Both the position numbers and the translations under genes were made by a program. From positions 5,589 to 69,588 of the forward strand of contig JBBSGK010000002.1 of assembly GCA_038254115.1 (NCBI GenBank): DNA of 64,000 bases. The letters are read 5' to 3'. This DNA is from Candidatus Levyibacteriota bacterium. GTDB taxonomy: Bacteria; Patescibacteriota; Microgenomatia; Levybacterales; UBA12049. The notes below the pieces were generated by a model. It made no database searches. It was not told the DNA's origin and worked only from the letters and a program-made list of their open reading frames with translations. Positions 27,483 through 36,935 of this stretch are shown one piece after another (within the stretch, counting starts at the first letter, position 1; each line of letters starts with the position of its first letter).

Positions 27483-28094
27483 ATGAGGAAAATCATCACT
27501 ACTACATTTATAACTCTTGATGGCGTTATGCAAGCTCCTGGAGGACCGGATGAAGATACCTCAAACGGCTTCAAGTACGGAGGTTGGCAGCTTCTGGGCT
27601 GGAATCAAGAGGATGAAGTGGCAGACAAGATTCTGGACAGCTTTATGAAGACTCCTTTTGAGCTGCTCTTGGGAAAACGCACCTACGAAATCTTTGCAGC
27701 ATACTGGCCAAACGACAAAAAAGAGCCAAGTGTGGCAAATCCGTTCAACAGTACGAAGAAGCATGTGGTCGCACATAAACCTTTTAAACTTTCATGGAAC
27801 AATTCTGCGCTTATTACGGGAGACGTGATTTCGGAAATAAAAAAGCTTAAAGATTTAGACGGTCCCGACCTGTGGGTGTGGGGTAGCGGCAACCTCATAC
27901 AAACGCTTCTAAAACATAATCTGATAGATCAAATGCATATCTTGACATACCCCATTACTATTGGCAGCGGTAAAAAATTATTCGCCGAAGGAACTCGTCC
28001 TGAAAAATTCACTCCGGTAGACACAAAAATCACCTCAACAGGCGTAATATTTGCAACCTACGAACCCTCAGAACAACTCAAAATAGGATCTTAA
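27483..28094 (+). CDS. Dihydrofolate-reductase-family protein, paralog 2 (tandem duplicate)
   Basis: FITLDGVMQAPGGPDED, LLLGKRTYEIFAAYWP, VWGSGNLIQTLL. The upstream ~40 bp (TTCAATGAATTAACGGTnTnGTAGAATTGnTTAAATGAG) duplicates that of paralog 1. Confidence 0.7.
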   Translation: MRKIITTTFITLDGVMQAPGGPDEDTSNGFKYGGWQLLGWNQEDEVADKILDSFMKTPFELLLGKRTYEIFAAYWPNDKKEPSVANPFNSTKKHVVAHKPFKLSWNNSALITGDVISEIKKLKDLDGPDLWVWGSGNLIQTLLKHNLIDQMHILTYPITIGSGKKLFAEGTRPEKFTPVDTKITSTGVIFATYEPSEQLKIGS

Positions 28095-28299
28095 TGAACT
28101 TTTACACATGCCCGATGCATCTGGAGATTAAGGGGGGATAAGCCGGGCAGGGTAGCTCATGCTATTGGGGTATAAAAAAAATTCAGTTCGCCTACTTTGA
28201 CATTTCTCAAAGTGCCTCTGACAAAAGTGAATCTCATTTAAGGCTTCGGACTGATTATCTTGACATCATTTCTGATTATTCAGAGCGCTAACTCAACTT

Positions 28300-28755
28300 T
28301 TAAGAACCGATAAGTTCTTTTCGCCTCAATTCCAATCTTCGCATTTTTTCTGCATAATTTTTAATATTTCTAATTGCTGTTTGCTGTCTTCTTCTCGCAT
28401 TCCTATCGGGAGCTTTTATTGTTTCCATTGCTCTAGCAAAAGCATTAGCATCCTCGGAAGAAGTTGCCTCTTTATTATATGGCTTCCATACTCTTTGATG
28501 TCGTGCGTCGGTTCCAGCATAATATAAATGCGTTTCAGGTCTTCTATGTTGCGGATTATATGCAACAACTGTTTCAATACCGGTATCCATATTAAATCTT
28601 GCAGCATATGCAAAAATGTCTCCATCAAATGAAAGTCTCTCAGGAGTTTTAAAATTCATAAATTCAGAGGTAGTATTAACTGTTACAAAACCAAAAGCCC
28701 TACTTGCCGGGTCTTGATCTACTCTCCCTCTTCTTGTTTCTGAAAGGTCTGCCAT
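28300..28755 (-). CDS. Hypothetical protein, no recognisable domain
   Basis: 151-aa ORF, GC-richer than its surroundings, basic C-terminus (RNARRRQQTAIRNIKNYAEKMRRLELRRK). Adjacent to tRNA-Gly. Confidence 0.4.
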   Translation of the reverse strand: MADLSETRRGRVDQDPASRAFGFVTVNTTSEFMNFKTPERLSFDGDIFAYAARFNMDTGIETVVAYNPQHRRPETHLYYAGTDARHQRVWKPYNKEATSSEDANAFARAMETIKAPDRNARRRQQTAIRNIKNYAEKMRRLELRRKELIGS

Positions 28756-29032
28756 ATTGACGTATTTTTATCATAAATTATACAAAAATGCAAATGCACG
28801 TATTTATGGTTAAATGCAAAAACAATTTTTTTCATTTAATTTACTTCTCCTACTAATCTGCTAACACCTTTTAACACAATCAAAGGCCCCCACAAAACTG
28901 TATTGGCAGCTACTACATAAATATCTACAGCTAATGAAGTATTCTTAATGCAGTTATCTGAGGATTTATAATTTCCAATAGTTGGGCGATTATATTGAAG
29001 GATATTGAGGACAAGTCCAAACGTTACTTGTG

Positions 29033-29103
29033 AGCGGGTAAGGGGAATCGGACCCCTGTAACCTGATTGGCAACCAGGTGTACTACCATTGTACTATACC
29101 CGC
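29033..29103 (-). tRNA. tRNA-Gly (anticodon GCC)
   Basis: Reverse complement GCGGGTATAGTACAATGGTAGTACACCTGGTTGCCAATCAGGTTACAGGGGTCCGATTCCCCTTACCCGC folds as a cloverleaf. Anticodon loop TTGCCAA. Confidence 0.8.
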
Positions 29104-29229
29104 AGTACATGGAGTATAACAAAATATTTATCTATCCTCAAGGCTTAATAATCAAATATTGACAAATGATTTGTTGAAGGAGTATCATCGTCCGAGTGCG
29201 CAAAAACTTTTCAGTTAAGCACAAAATTT

Positions 29230-29586
29230 ATGTCATTAGAAAACCCTTGGAGAAGACTTTCCAAATTATTTGGATATAATAGAACTAATGATCCGGAGTC
29301 CAGTGATTTGCTTTCAGTAAGAGAATTAACGGGAGCAATCGCTGCAACTGTTTGCGGATGCGGAAGTTGTCGGGTGAATGCCGAACCTGCACTCCGAAAT
29401 AACCCAGCATTGAAAAGGTTGAATTCCCATACTGCAAGTAAATTATGGGGTACTTTGCGATCTCAAAGCAGAGAATCTGCAAGACATTTTCAGGGGGAAA
29501 ACACTACCCACCTTTTAGGTACGGGTGTAGAAGTCACACACGGTCTATTTGATATCTCAATTAAAGCTAGAAAAAGCCAACTTTAA
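29230..29586 (+). CDS. Hypothetical protein, no recognisable domain
   Basis: 118-aa ORF, GC-richer, contains a CGCGSC motif. No known family. Confidence 0.3.
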   Translation: MSLENPWRRLSKLFGYNRTNDPESSDLLSVRELTGAIAATVCGCGSCRVNAEPALRNNPALKRLNSHTASKLWGTLRSQSRESARHFQGENTTHLLGTGVEVTHGLFDISIKARKSQL

Positions 29587-29621
29587 AAGCAGGTACTTGT
29601 TTTTTATTTTTCTGTGATACT

Positions 29622-30842
29622 TTAGCAAAGTGAGATAAATTTGATGGCAACATTCTCCCAACTAAGATCCTGCACATTGCGGTAAACTTCCCAGCTGACT
29701 TTTTTGTGAGATTTTTCATCTCCCAATAAACCCTGCATTTTCTCAGCCAGAAGAAGAGGATTGTTAGCAGAAGTTACAAGTGCCTCATGCGCTTTATCAA
29801 ATATACCTGACACTCCTGCAGCGTCCGTTGTTATGACGGGCGTTCCGCAGGCCATCGCCTCAAGAGCTGTCATTCCAAAAGCTTCATAGTGCGATGGCAT
29901 CACAACAACTTCACTTGCATTGTAATAATACGACAATTCGTCCTGTTCCTTACGACCAACAAATTTTACAGAAGTTGATATATGGAGTAACTTCCTGAGA
30001 CGTTCGAGCTTTTGAAGCTCGTTGGACCACTTGCTAGTGTGACCTGAAACATCTCCGCCTACGATCCAAAGACATAGCTTAAGATCCGGTTGCTTCTCAA
30101 GTAAAATTTTTGTAGCATAGACAAGTACATCTAGCCCTTTAAGCGGCTGGATTCTACCTACGAATAATATTATTTTGTGATCTAGATCTGCTTTGATAAA
30201 ATTCTTTGCTTTTTTCTTGTCCATCGGCTGAAATAATTTAAAGTTAATTCCCGGTATCAGAACTGATATTTTTTCTCTGGGACAATTATATAAAGTGTGC
30301 AAATATTCGGAGTCATTTGGACTTGTGGCTATTACCATCTCGGACTTTCTGACAAGCCTCAGCTCAGTCTGGACTCTTTGCATAGTTTCTTTTTCCTCAC
30401 TATTTCGTGCTACAAGATTTTTCATAAATGCTAGCGTGTGAAAAGTCATAAGCATAGGTAGATCATATTTTTTCTTTATTTCAAGTCCAGCAATGCCTGA
30501 TAAATAATAGTGACAGCTTAATATATCGTATTTGATATTTTCATCCTTCACAAATTTATAAAAATTTGCCAAAAATTCCGGGATGTGGCTTTTAAGTTTT
30601 TTAGGAGGCAAATAACCCTGAACACCCGCCGGTAAATGAATAACTCTTAGGTTCTCAGACACGTTTACAATTTGCTGACTTTCTTTGCTTTGAGATCTTG
30701 TAAAGATGTCAACCCTATAACCCTTAACTGCAAGTGCTTTTGATATCTCCAGAACATATACATTCATTCCTCCTATTTCCGAACCCTCATCTGAGAGGGG
30801 ACATGTGTGATACGAAATAACCGCGAGACGTTTCTTTTGCAT
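29622..30842 (-). CDS. GT4-family retaining glycosyltransferase, MshA/BshA-like (UDP-GlcNAc-type donor)
   Basis: N-terminal ISYHTCPLSDEGSEIGGMNVYV is the MshA-like acceptor-domain signature. C-terminal EAFGMTALEAMACGTPVITTDAAG is the GT4 E-x7-E region. Confidence 0.7.
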   Translation of the reverse strand: MQKKRLAVISYHTCPLSDEGSEIGGMNVYVLEISKALAVKGYRVDIFTRSQSKESQQIVNVSENLRVIHLPAGVQGYLPPKKLKSHIPEFLANFYKFVKDENIKYDILSCHYYLSGIAGLEIKKKYDLPMLMTFHTLAFMKNLVARNSEEKETMQRVQTELRLVRKSEMVIATSPNDSEYLHTLYNCPREKISVLIPGINFKLFQPMDKKKAKNFIKADLDHKIILFVGRIQPLKGLDVLVYATKILLEKQPDLKLCLWIVGGDVSGHTSKWSNELQKLERLRKLLHISTSVKFVGRKEQDELSYYYNASEVVVMPSHYEAFGMTALEAMACGTPVITTDAAGVSGIFDKAHEALVTSANNPLLLAEKMQGLLGDEKSHKKVSWEVYRNVQDLSWENVAIKFISLC

Positions 30843-30876
30843 TAGATCATTATACTATATAATATCCATAAGATTT

Positions 30877-31485
30877 ATGACTACAAATATCTATCTAGTC
30901 CGTCATGGAGAGGTTCACAATCCAAAAAAAATCGTTTATGGACGATTGCCAGGATTCCGTCTTTCGACAAAGGGTGTTCTAGAGGTTGAACAAACAGCAA
31001 ATTTTTTGATAGACAAAAATATCAGCACGATATATTCCAGTCCTCTTCTAAGAGCTAGGCAAACAGCCAAAATAATTCAAAAAAAATTATATTTGCCAAA
31101 TGTTTTTTTAACAAAAGACTTATTAGAAGTTAAATCATCAGCTCAAGGAGAATTAAGTTCCAAGCTGGATCTTATTCATCACAATTATTACGCGGCGCCC
31201 GTTTGGCAAAAAAACGATGACACAATGCACAGTATCAGAGATCGAATGAGTAAAGTATTTAAAAGACTGGCAAATAAACACCATGGTCAATCAGTTGCCG
31301 TAGTATCCCACGGAGACCCGATTTTAATCCTGAAAGCATATATAAATAATTTGCCCATGGAACTCGCAACGATCAGAAAAGAAAAATATGAACTGGGTCA
31401 CGCCGAAATATTAAAAATAGAACAAATCGACAATAAATTACCTACCATAAAGAGCGTTTTTTGCCAAAAATATGAAACTTTATAA
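30877..31485 (+). CDS. Histidine phosphatase family protein (phosphoglycerate-mutase-like)
   Basis: IYLVRHGEVHN (RHG catalytic His), RARQTA, VSHGD. Confidence 0.75.
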   Translation: MTTNIYLVRHGEVHNPKKIVYGRLPGFRLSTKGVLEVEQTANFLIDKNISTIYSSPLLRARQTAKIIQKKLYLPNVFLTKDLLEVKSSAQGELSSKLDLIHHNYYAAPVWQKNDDTMHSIRDRMSKVFKRLANKHHGQSVAVVSHGDPILILKAYINNLPMELATIRKEKYELGHAEILKIEQIDNKLPTIKSVFCQKYETL

Positions 31486-32671
31486 TACTTTGTCCCGCAA
31501 ACTGGAAGAATTTACTCCAATTGATGGCAAAACTGTCAAAATGTATGTTTGTGGAATAACTCCCTATGACACCACGCATCTGGGGCATGCATTCACATAT
31601 ATTTTTTTTGATGCACTGCAGCGTTTTTTAAAGTACAAGGGATTTAGCGTGGAATATACCCAAAACGTCACAGATATTAATGACCGTGACAACGATATCC
31701 TCAAACGGGCACAAGAACAAAGCGTCACGTGGCAAAATCTTGCAAAGTTCTGGACAGATAAATTCCTCTCTGATATGGAAGAGCTGAATTGGATAAAACC
31801 TGACAATTATCTATTTGCCAGCGAAAAAATACCCGCAATGATTGATCTGATTGAAAAACTAATTAAGAACAAAAAAGCATATCAAGTAAATGGGGGAGTG
31901 TACCTGGATATTTCTAAGATCAATGATTTTGGTAAACTATCCCGATTGCCGCAGGAAAAAATGCTAAGTATTGCAAAAGAATTTGAAGAAGATCTGAGCA
32001 ATCCTGACAAGTATCATCCGCTTGATATAACATTGTGGAAACCAACAGCTAATAATCAGGCTGAACATGTTCCGTCATTCGAAAGTCCGTTCGGCCCGGG
32101 ACGCCCTGGTTGGCATATGGAATGCTCAGCAATGGCAATTAAATCTCTTGGCGAGCAGATAGATATTCATGGCGGAGGAGTGGACTTGATATATCCTCAT
32201 CACGAGTCTGAGATAGCCCAATCAGAGGGAGGGACTGGTAAAATCCCTTTCGCGAGGTTTTGGCTTCACAATCAGATTGTAAGCTTTAAAGGAAAAAAAA
32301 TGTCTAAATCTCTTGGAAATTTGGTGATGGTCTCTAATCTTTTGAAAAAATATTCACCAAATGCAATACGATATCTACTGCTTTCCCATCATTATAGAAA
32401 AGAGTGGGAATTTCATGAAGCGGAATTGGAAGAGGCGGAGAAAAAAATAAACGTGATTAAATCGGCGCTAGATGGTTATTCTTCGAACGGAGAGTTCGAT
32501 CTGCCTGCCGGCAGACAGGGAACAAACAATGAAACAATTAAGCAGTTTAATAATTTTTTGGATGATGACATGAACACTCCTAAGGCACTGGAAGTATTGG
32601 TAAAATCTGCTGAAAAAGGAAATTATGAGGAATTAAAGAAAATGTTATATATTTTAGGTTTTAAGTTTTAA
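31472..32671 (+). CDS. cysS: Cysteinyl-tRNA synthetase (compact form)
   Basis: HIGH-type motif TTHLGHA, KMSKS motif, C-terminal DDDMNTPKAL anticodon-binding helix. Carries an in-frame copy of the palindromic element (DLPAGRQG). Confidence 0.85.
   Translation: MKLYNTLSRKLEEFTPIDGKTVKMYVCGITPYDTTHLGHAFTYIFFDALQRFLKYKGFSVEYTQNVTDINDRDNDILKRAQEQSVTWQNLAKFWTDKFLSDMEELNWIKPDNYLFASEKIPAMIDLIEKLIKNKKAYQVNGGVYLDISKINDFGKLSRLPQEKMLSIAKEFEEDLSNPDKYHPLDITLWKPTANNQAEHVPSFESPFGPGRPGWHMECSAMAIKSLGEQIDIHGGGVDLIYPHHESEIAQSEGGTGKIPFARFWLHNQIVSFKGKKMSKSLGNLVMVSNLLKKYSPNAIRYLLLSHHYRKEWEFHEAELEEAEKKINVIKSALDGYSSNGEFDLPAGRQGTNNETIKQFNNFLDDDMNTPKALEVLVKSAEKGNYEELKKMLYILGFKF
32501..32519. repeat. Imperfect copy B of the palindromic element (CTGCCTGCCGGCAGACAGG) inside cysS coding sequence
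   Basis: Read directly. Core TCTGCCGGCAGA is perfectly palindromic. In frame, encoding LPAGRQ. Confidence 0.7.
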
Positions 32672-32676
32672 ATTTT

Positions 32677-33408
32677 TTATATCTGTCCCGCGCTTTGCAT
32701 TCTTCTGGCGCATCCGGGAAACTGTGTATGTATACTTGACCTCGCAACAAGTCTTTGAACTGCTGCTTTCTGTACGTCAATTGGCGCAAGATCAGCCCTT
32801 GCATATCCGGTATTCATGCTATTCCAAGTTCCCGCTGAGAACTGAAAAGCTCCATAATATCCGTTTCCGGTATTTTTGGCAGGATCCATTCCTGCCTCGC
32901 AGCTTCCCAAAGCATTAATCTGCTCATCAGTTAATGTTTTCGGCGCGTTTGCAACTATATTTGCCGCAGGAACCTGACGCGCGGCAACTGCAGCTTGGTA
33001 ATGAGCTATTGGAGCGTAAGCATAAGTGTTAAGAGGTACTTCGGGTGCCAAACGGTCAGCAAGCTCTGTCTTTAAAATCTCAGGCTGTTCCGTTTTTGTC
33101 TTGCGGATTTTCAAAACTGTTCCAGGCTCTAATTGCGCAGCATTTTGAATCTGAGGATTCTCATTCCAAATATTTGTCCAGTAGTCCTCATTTCCATAGT
33201 ACTCTTGTGCCAGCTTTGATAAATAATCCCCCTCTTGGACAACATAAGTAGAAGAGTCAGTTTGCTCCAAGACTTGGCTGAACTTATAATGCACCGTTGG
33301 CGTTGGAGTTGGCGGCAAGGATGTCGTCAAAACGGATGATGCCAAGAATCCTGCGAGTAAAGTAATAATCATATTAAAAATCAAAACCAACTGCTTTATT
33401 AAAAGCAA
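32677..33408 (-). CDS. Secreted LysM-domain protein with C-terminal Rpf-like (resuscitation-promoting-factor-type) transglycosylase domain
   Basis: N-terminal hydrophobic anchor. LysM: YVVQEGDYLSKLAQEYYGNEDYWTNIWNENPQI...GTVLKI. Rpf-like: CEAGMDPAKNTGNGYYGAFQFSAGTW...VQRLVARSS. Confidence 0.7.
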   Translation of the reverse strand: MLLIKQLVLIFNMIITLLAGFLASSVLTTSLPPTPTPTVHYKFSQVLEQTDSSTYVVQEGDYLSKLAQEYYGNEDYWTNIWNENPQIQNAAQLEPGTVLKIRKTKTEQPEILKTELADRLAPEVPLNTYAYAPIAHYQAAVAARQVPAANIVANAPKTLTDEQINALGSCEAGMDPAKNTGNGYYGAFQFSAGTWNSMNTGYARADLAPIDVQKAAVQRLVARSSIHTQFPGCARRMQSAGQI

Positions 33409-33667
33409 TTGGTTTGAATTGGATATTCTATCACATTAAAATTGCTTTGTCAAGGGGTATAGTGTCACCAATCTAGCCTCATATTCAAGGATATTAATTA
33501 TCCTATAATAGTTAATGCAGCAAATTAACTTCTTACCCTCTTGGCAACCTGAGGAGAAAAAATATAATACGAAAAAATTAAAGTACTTCAGATAAAACTA
33601 TATTCCGGGGTGTTGTAGTTATGAGTACTAAAAAAGCTTGTACTAGCGGGCTAAGCAAGCGAGTGGG

Positions 33668-33740
33668 TGCTGAGGGTCAGAGTCGAACTGACATAGCCTG
33701 TTCTTCAGACAGGTGCCTTGACCACCTTGGCTACCTCAGC
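33668..33740 (-). tRNA. tRNA-Phe (anticodon GAA)
   Basis: Reverse complement GCTGAGGTAGCCAAGGTGGTCAAGGCACCTGTCTGAAGAACAGGCTATGTCAGTTCGACTCTGACCCTCAGCA. Anticodon loop CTGAAGA. Confidence 0.8.
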
Positions 33741-33764
33741 TTTGCGTGGTCGCATTTGACGCGG

Positions 33765-33837
33765 TGGACGATGCAGGATTCGAACCCGCGACATCTTCAG
33801 TGTAAATGAAGCGCTCTACCAACTGAGCTAATCGTCC
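33765..33837 (-). tRNA. tRNA-Val (anticodon TAC)
   Basis: Reverse complement GGACGATTAGCTCAGTTGGTAGAGCGCTTCATTTACACTGAAGATGTCGCGGGTTCGAATCCTGCATCGTCCA. Anticodon loop TTTACAC. Confidence 0.8.
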
Positions 33838-33915
33838 TGATACATGATTATATCTGAATTTGTAGTCACTATCAAGAAGCTTGGTCTGAGTGCCTGTCCG
33901 TGATATAATATAGGC

Positions 33916-34182
33916 ATGAATTCCGCTCAAGCACCCTACGTAATCACCAAGTTTGACGCGCTGAGTATTATACTTGAAGAATCTCCGCGGGCAGCCGAGC
34001 TTTTGGCAGAATATGGCCTTCACTGTGTCAATTGCTTTGCCAATCAATACGATTCCCTGGAAACAGGAGCAAGCATGCACAACATGACGGAGGTTGAAAT
34101 GCAGGATATGATTGATGAGATCAATACCCAGCTTGAGAAAGAATGGCGCGAGCAACACGCAGAAGCAAGAATTACGAAGTAA
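33916..34182 (+). CDS. Small DUF1858-type redox-disulfide protein (hybrid-cluster-protein-associated family) heading the suf operon
   Basis: 88 aa with the LHCVNC CxxC pair in the characteristic N-terminal helix. A TTGGTC-N17-TGATATAAT promoter ends 6 nt before the ATG (leaderless). Confidence 0.5.
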   Translation: MNSAQAPYVITKFDALSIILEESPRAAELLAEYGLHCVNCFANQYDSLETGASMHNMTEVEMQDMIDEINTQLEKEWREQHAEARITK

Positions 34183-34201
34183 GAAATAAGAATTAAGAAG
34201 T

Positions 34202-34948
34202 ATGAAAAATCAATTAGTCATCACTGATTTGCATGTCCAAACACTAGACGGGATAAAGATCTTAAATGGAATATCTCTGACAGTTAAGGAGGGAGAAATT
34301 CATGCAATCATGGGTCCCAATGGAGGGGGGAAATCAACTTTTGCGCAGGCTCTGATGGGTCACCCCGGATATGTAATTACGGAGGGGAAAATAATGCTAA
34401 ACAATATAGATATAACGCGATTAACCCCTGACTTGCGCGCAAAACATGGCCTATTTTTAGGATTTCAGTATCCCGTTGAAATTGCGGGTGTAAATTTTGG
34501 AAGTTTTCTGAGGCAAGCAATGAATGAAAATATCGAAAAAGGCGGAAAAAAGGTCTCTCCGATTGCCTTCCGCAATCTCCTTACACCTGCAGCAAAACAA
34601 CTGGGATTTTCTGATGAAATTACAAAGAGATTTCTAAACCAGGGTTTCTCGGGCGGTGAAAAGAAAAAAGCGGAGATTCTCCAGCTTGAACTTCTTAAGC
34701 CCTCATTTGCAGTACTTGATGAGCCTGACTCAGGACTAGATGTTGACGCGCTGAGATATATTGGCAAAAGTATTAACGGACTTGATCATAAAACAGGTCT
34801 AATTCTTATTACTCACTATCAGAGAATTCTTCATTATATAAAACCTCAGTTTGTTCACATCGTTGTAAAGGGAAAGATTGTTAAATCCGGAGATGAATCA
34901 CTAGCAAAAACAATAGAGGAAAAAGGGTACGAAGGATTTTCGTCTTAA
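34202..34948 (+). CDS. sufC: Fe-S cluster assembly ATPase SufC
   Basis: Walker A GPNGGGKST, ABC signature FSGGEKKK, Walker B LAVLDEPDSGLD, H-loop ITHY. Confidence 0.9.
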   Translation: MKNQLVITDLHVQTLDGIKILNGISLTVKEGEIHAIMGPNGGGKSTFAQALMGHPGYVITEGKIMLNNIDITRLTPDLRAKHGLFLGFQYPVEIAGVNFGSFLRQAMNENIEKGGKKVSPIAFRNLLTPAAKQLGFSDEITKRFLNQGFSGGEKKKAEILQLELLKPSFAVLDEPDSGLDVDALRYIGKSINGLDHKTGLILITHYQRILHYIKPQFVHIVVKGKIVKSGDESLAKTIEEKGYEGFSS

Positions 34949-34976
34949 AATTTCTAATTTCTAATTTCTAAACATT

Positions 34977-36374
34977 ATGAAGTCTCAACCGGTAGTCAAA
35001 ACATCTTACAAATACGGTTTTCACAAACCCGAAGCATCATTTTTCAAAACACCCATGGGTCTTAACCGTCAGGTTGTTGAGGCAATTTCGCATTTTAAAA
35101 ATGAGCCTGAATGGATGCTGCAATTCCGCCTGCAAGCTCTTATGATGTTTGAGCAGAAAATGCTTCCCACTTGGGGTGCGGATTTATCGGGAATTGATTT
35201 TGATGCTATGTACTATTACATCAGTCCAAGTGAGAAAAAATTTACAGATTGGGGCGATGTACCGGCTGATATTAAAGACACTTATGACAAAATTGGAATT
35301 CCACAAGCTGAGCAAAAATATCTGGCAGGAGTTGGTGCTCAATACGACTCGGAGGTTGTCTATCACAATTTGAAAAAGAAATGGGAAGATCTGGGTGTTA
35401 TATTTGTTGATACTGACACGGCGCTTACCAAATACCCTGATCTCTTCAGACAATATTTCGGAACAGTTATTCCTGTGTCCGATAATAAGCTTGCGGCACT
35501 CAACTCAGCTGTGTGGAGCGGGGGAAGCTTTATTTACATTCCAAAAGGTGTCCATGTAGACATTCCGCTTCAGGCGTATTTTAGAATTAATGCTGCTAAT
35601 ATGGGACAATTTGAACGGACACTTATCATTGCTGATGAGGGGAGTTACGTACATTACGTTGAGGGTTGCACTGCTCCTATTTACACAACAGATTCACTCC
35701 ACGCGGCAGTCGTAGAAATCATAGTCAAAAAGGGAGCTAGAGTCAGGTACACAACTATTCAGAATTGGAGCAATAATGTCTATAACCTTGTTACAAAGCG
35801 GATGCTGGTTGAGGAGGAGGGATTTGGTGAGTGGATAGATGGGAATCTCGGGGCAAAAGTTACTATGAAATATCCATCGGTTATTCTGAATGGCAAAGGT
35901 GCCAAGGGAGAAGTGTTGTCTCTTGCGTTTGCCGGAAAAGGGCAGCATCAGGACGCAGGTGGAAAAGCTATTCATCTGGCGCCTTACACAACTAGCACTA
36001 TTACTTCAAAATCTGTAAGCGTCGGGGGAGGCCGGTCCAGTTACCGGGGTATGGTAAAAATCATAAACGGCGCAAAAGGAAGCAAGTCTTTTGTCAGATG
36101 TGACGCGCTTCTTCTTGATGAATTATCACGGTCCGATACTTATCCGACAAATATCGTGAATGAGGAAGACGTAACACTTGGGCATGAGGCATCAGTCAGC
36201 AAAATAGGTGAGGAGCAGCTTTTTTATCTTATGTCCAGAGGCCTGTCTGAAGCCGCAGCAACCGGACTAATCGTTAACGGGTTTATTGAGCCGATTGTCA
36301 AAGAATTGCCACTTGAATACGCAGTAGAGCTGAACCGGTTAATAAATCTCTCAATGGAAGGCTCAGTCGGATAA
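34977..36374 (+). CDS. sufB: Fe-S cluster assembly scaffold SufB
   Basis: 465 aa. Conserved SufB C-terminal beta-helix region (...[18 protein letters not shown]...[27 protein letters not shown]). Confidence 0.85.
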   Translation: MKSQPVVKTSYKYGFHKPEASFFKTPMGLNRQVVEAISHFKNEPEWMLQFRLQALMMFEQKMLPTWGADLSGIDFDAMYYYISPSEKKFTDWGDVPADIKDTYDKIGIPQAEQKYLAGVGAQYDSEVVYHNLKKKWEDLGVIFVDTDTALTKYPDLFRQYFGTVIPVSDNKLAALNSAVWSGGSFIYIPKGVHVDIPLQAYFRINAANMGQFERTLIIADEGSYVHYVEGCTAPIYTTDSLHAAVVEIIVKKGARVRYTTIQNWSNNVYNLVTKRMLVEEEGFGEWIDGNLGAKVTMKYPSVILNGKGAKGEVLSLAFAGKGQHQDAGGKAIHLAPYTTSTITSKSVSVGGGRSSYRGMVKIINGAKGSKSFVRCDALLLDELSRSDTYPTNIVNEEDVTLGHEASVSKIGEEQLFYLMSRGLSEAAATGLIVNGFIEPIVKELPLEYAVELNRLINLSMEGSVG

Positions 36375-36377
36375 TAG

Positions 36378-36935
36378 ATGAAAAGCATAGTTGTAAAAAA
36401 AAACGAAGAAAAAGTTATAACTGTTTTGTGGATAGGAAAAGAAACTGAATTATCTTACGATATCAAACTCGCCGGCATTGGTTCTTCCATAAAATTTTTG
36501 GGGCTTATCATCGGCAAAGGAATGCAAACTTTAACTTTGAATGTAAAAGTAACTCATGCTGCTCCTCAGACTACAAGTAAAATTATCATAAAAAGTGTTC
36601 TTACTGAATCGGCAAAGGTTGATATAGAAGGTCTTGTAAAAATAGATCCCGGAGCAAAGGGAACAAATGCATGGCTCGCAGCACATTTACTTTTATTGTC
36701 TGAAAGGGCAAAAGGAAGAGCTGTTCCAAGTCTTGAAATCCTTGAAAATGATATTAAAGCAGGGCACGCGACAACTGTTGGAAGAATCAATGATATGGAA
36801 GTTTTTTATCTGATGTCCAGGGGCTTATCAAGAAAAACTGCAAAAAATCTTATTGTGGAGGGATTCTTACGGGAAATGATTGAGCAGTTTCCCAAAAATC
36901 TAAGTCAAACTGCTGAAAGGGAATTGAGATTATGA
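36378..36935 (+). CDS. sufD: SufD-like protein (short, C-terminal SufBD domain only)
   Basis: 185 aa ending [34 protein letters not shown], paralogous to the SufB C-terminus. Sits between sufB and sufS. Confidence 0.7.
   Translation: MKSIVVKKNEEKVITVLWIGKETELSYDIKLAGIGSSIKFLGLIIGKGMQTLTLNVKVTHAAPQTTSKIIIKSVLTESAKVDIEGLVKIDPGAKGTNAWLAAHLLLLSERAKGRAVPSLEILENDIKAGHATTVGRINDMEVFYLMSRGLSRKTAKNLIVEGFLREMIEQFPKNLSQTAERELRL

Noticed and set aside
28297-28320. AAGAAC-CGATA-GTTCTT hairpin as a regulatory element
   Set aside because: Short AT-rich stem overlapping the stop of gene 28300-28755. It is most simply a weak bidirectional terminator.
33736-34158. 140-aa minus-strand ORF spanning tRNA-Val and the DUF1858 gene
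   Set aside because: It overlaps a tRNA gene and a well-supported plus-strand gene and promoter.
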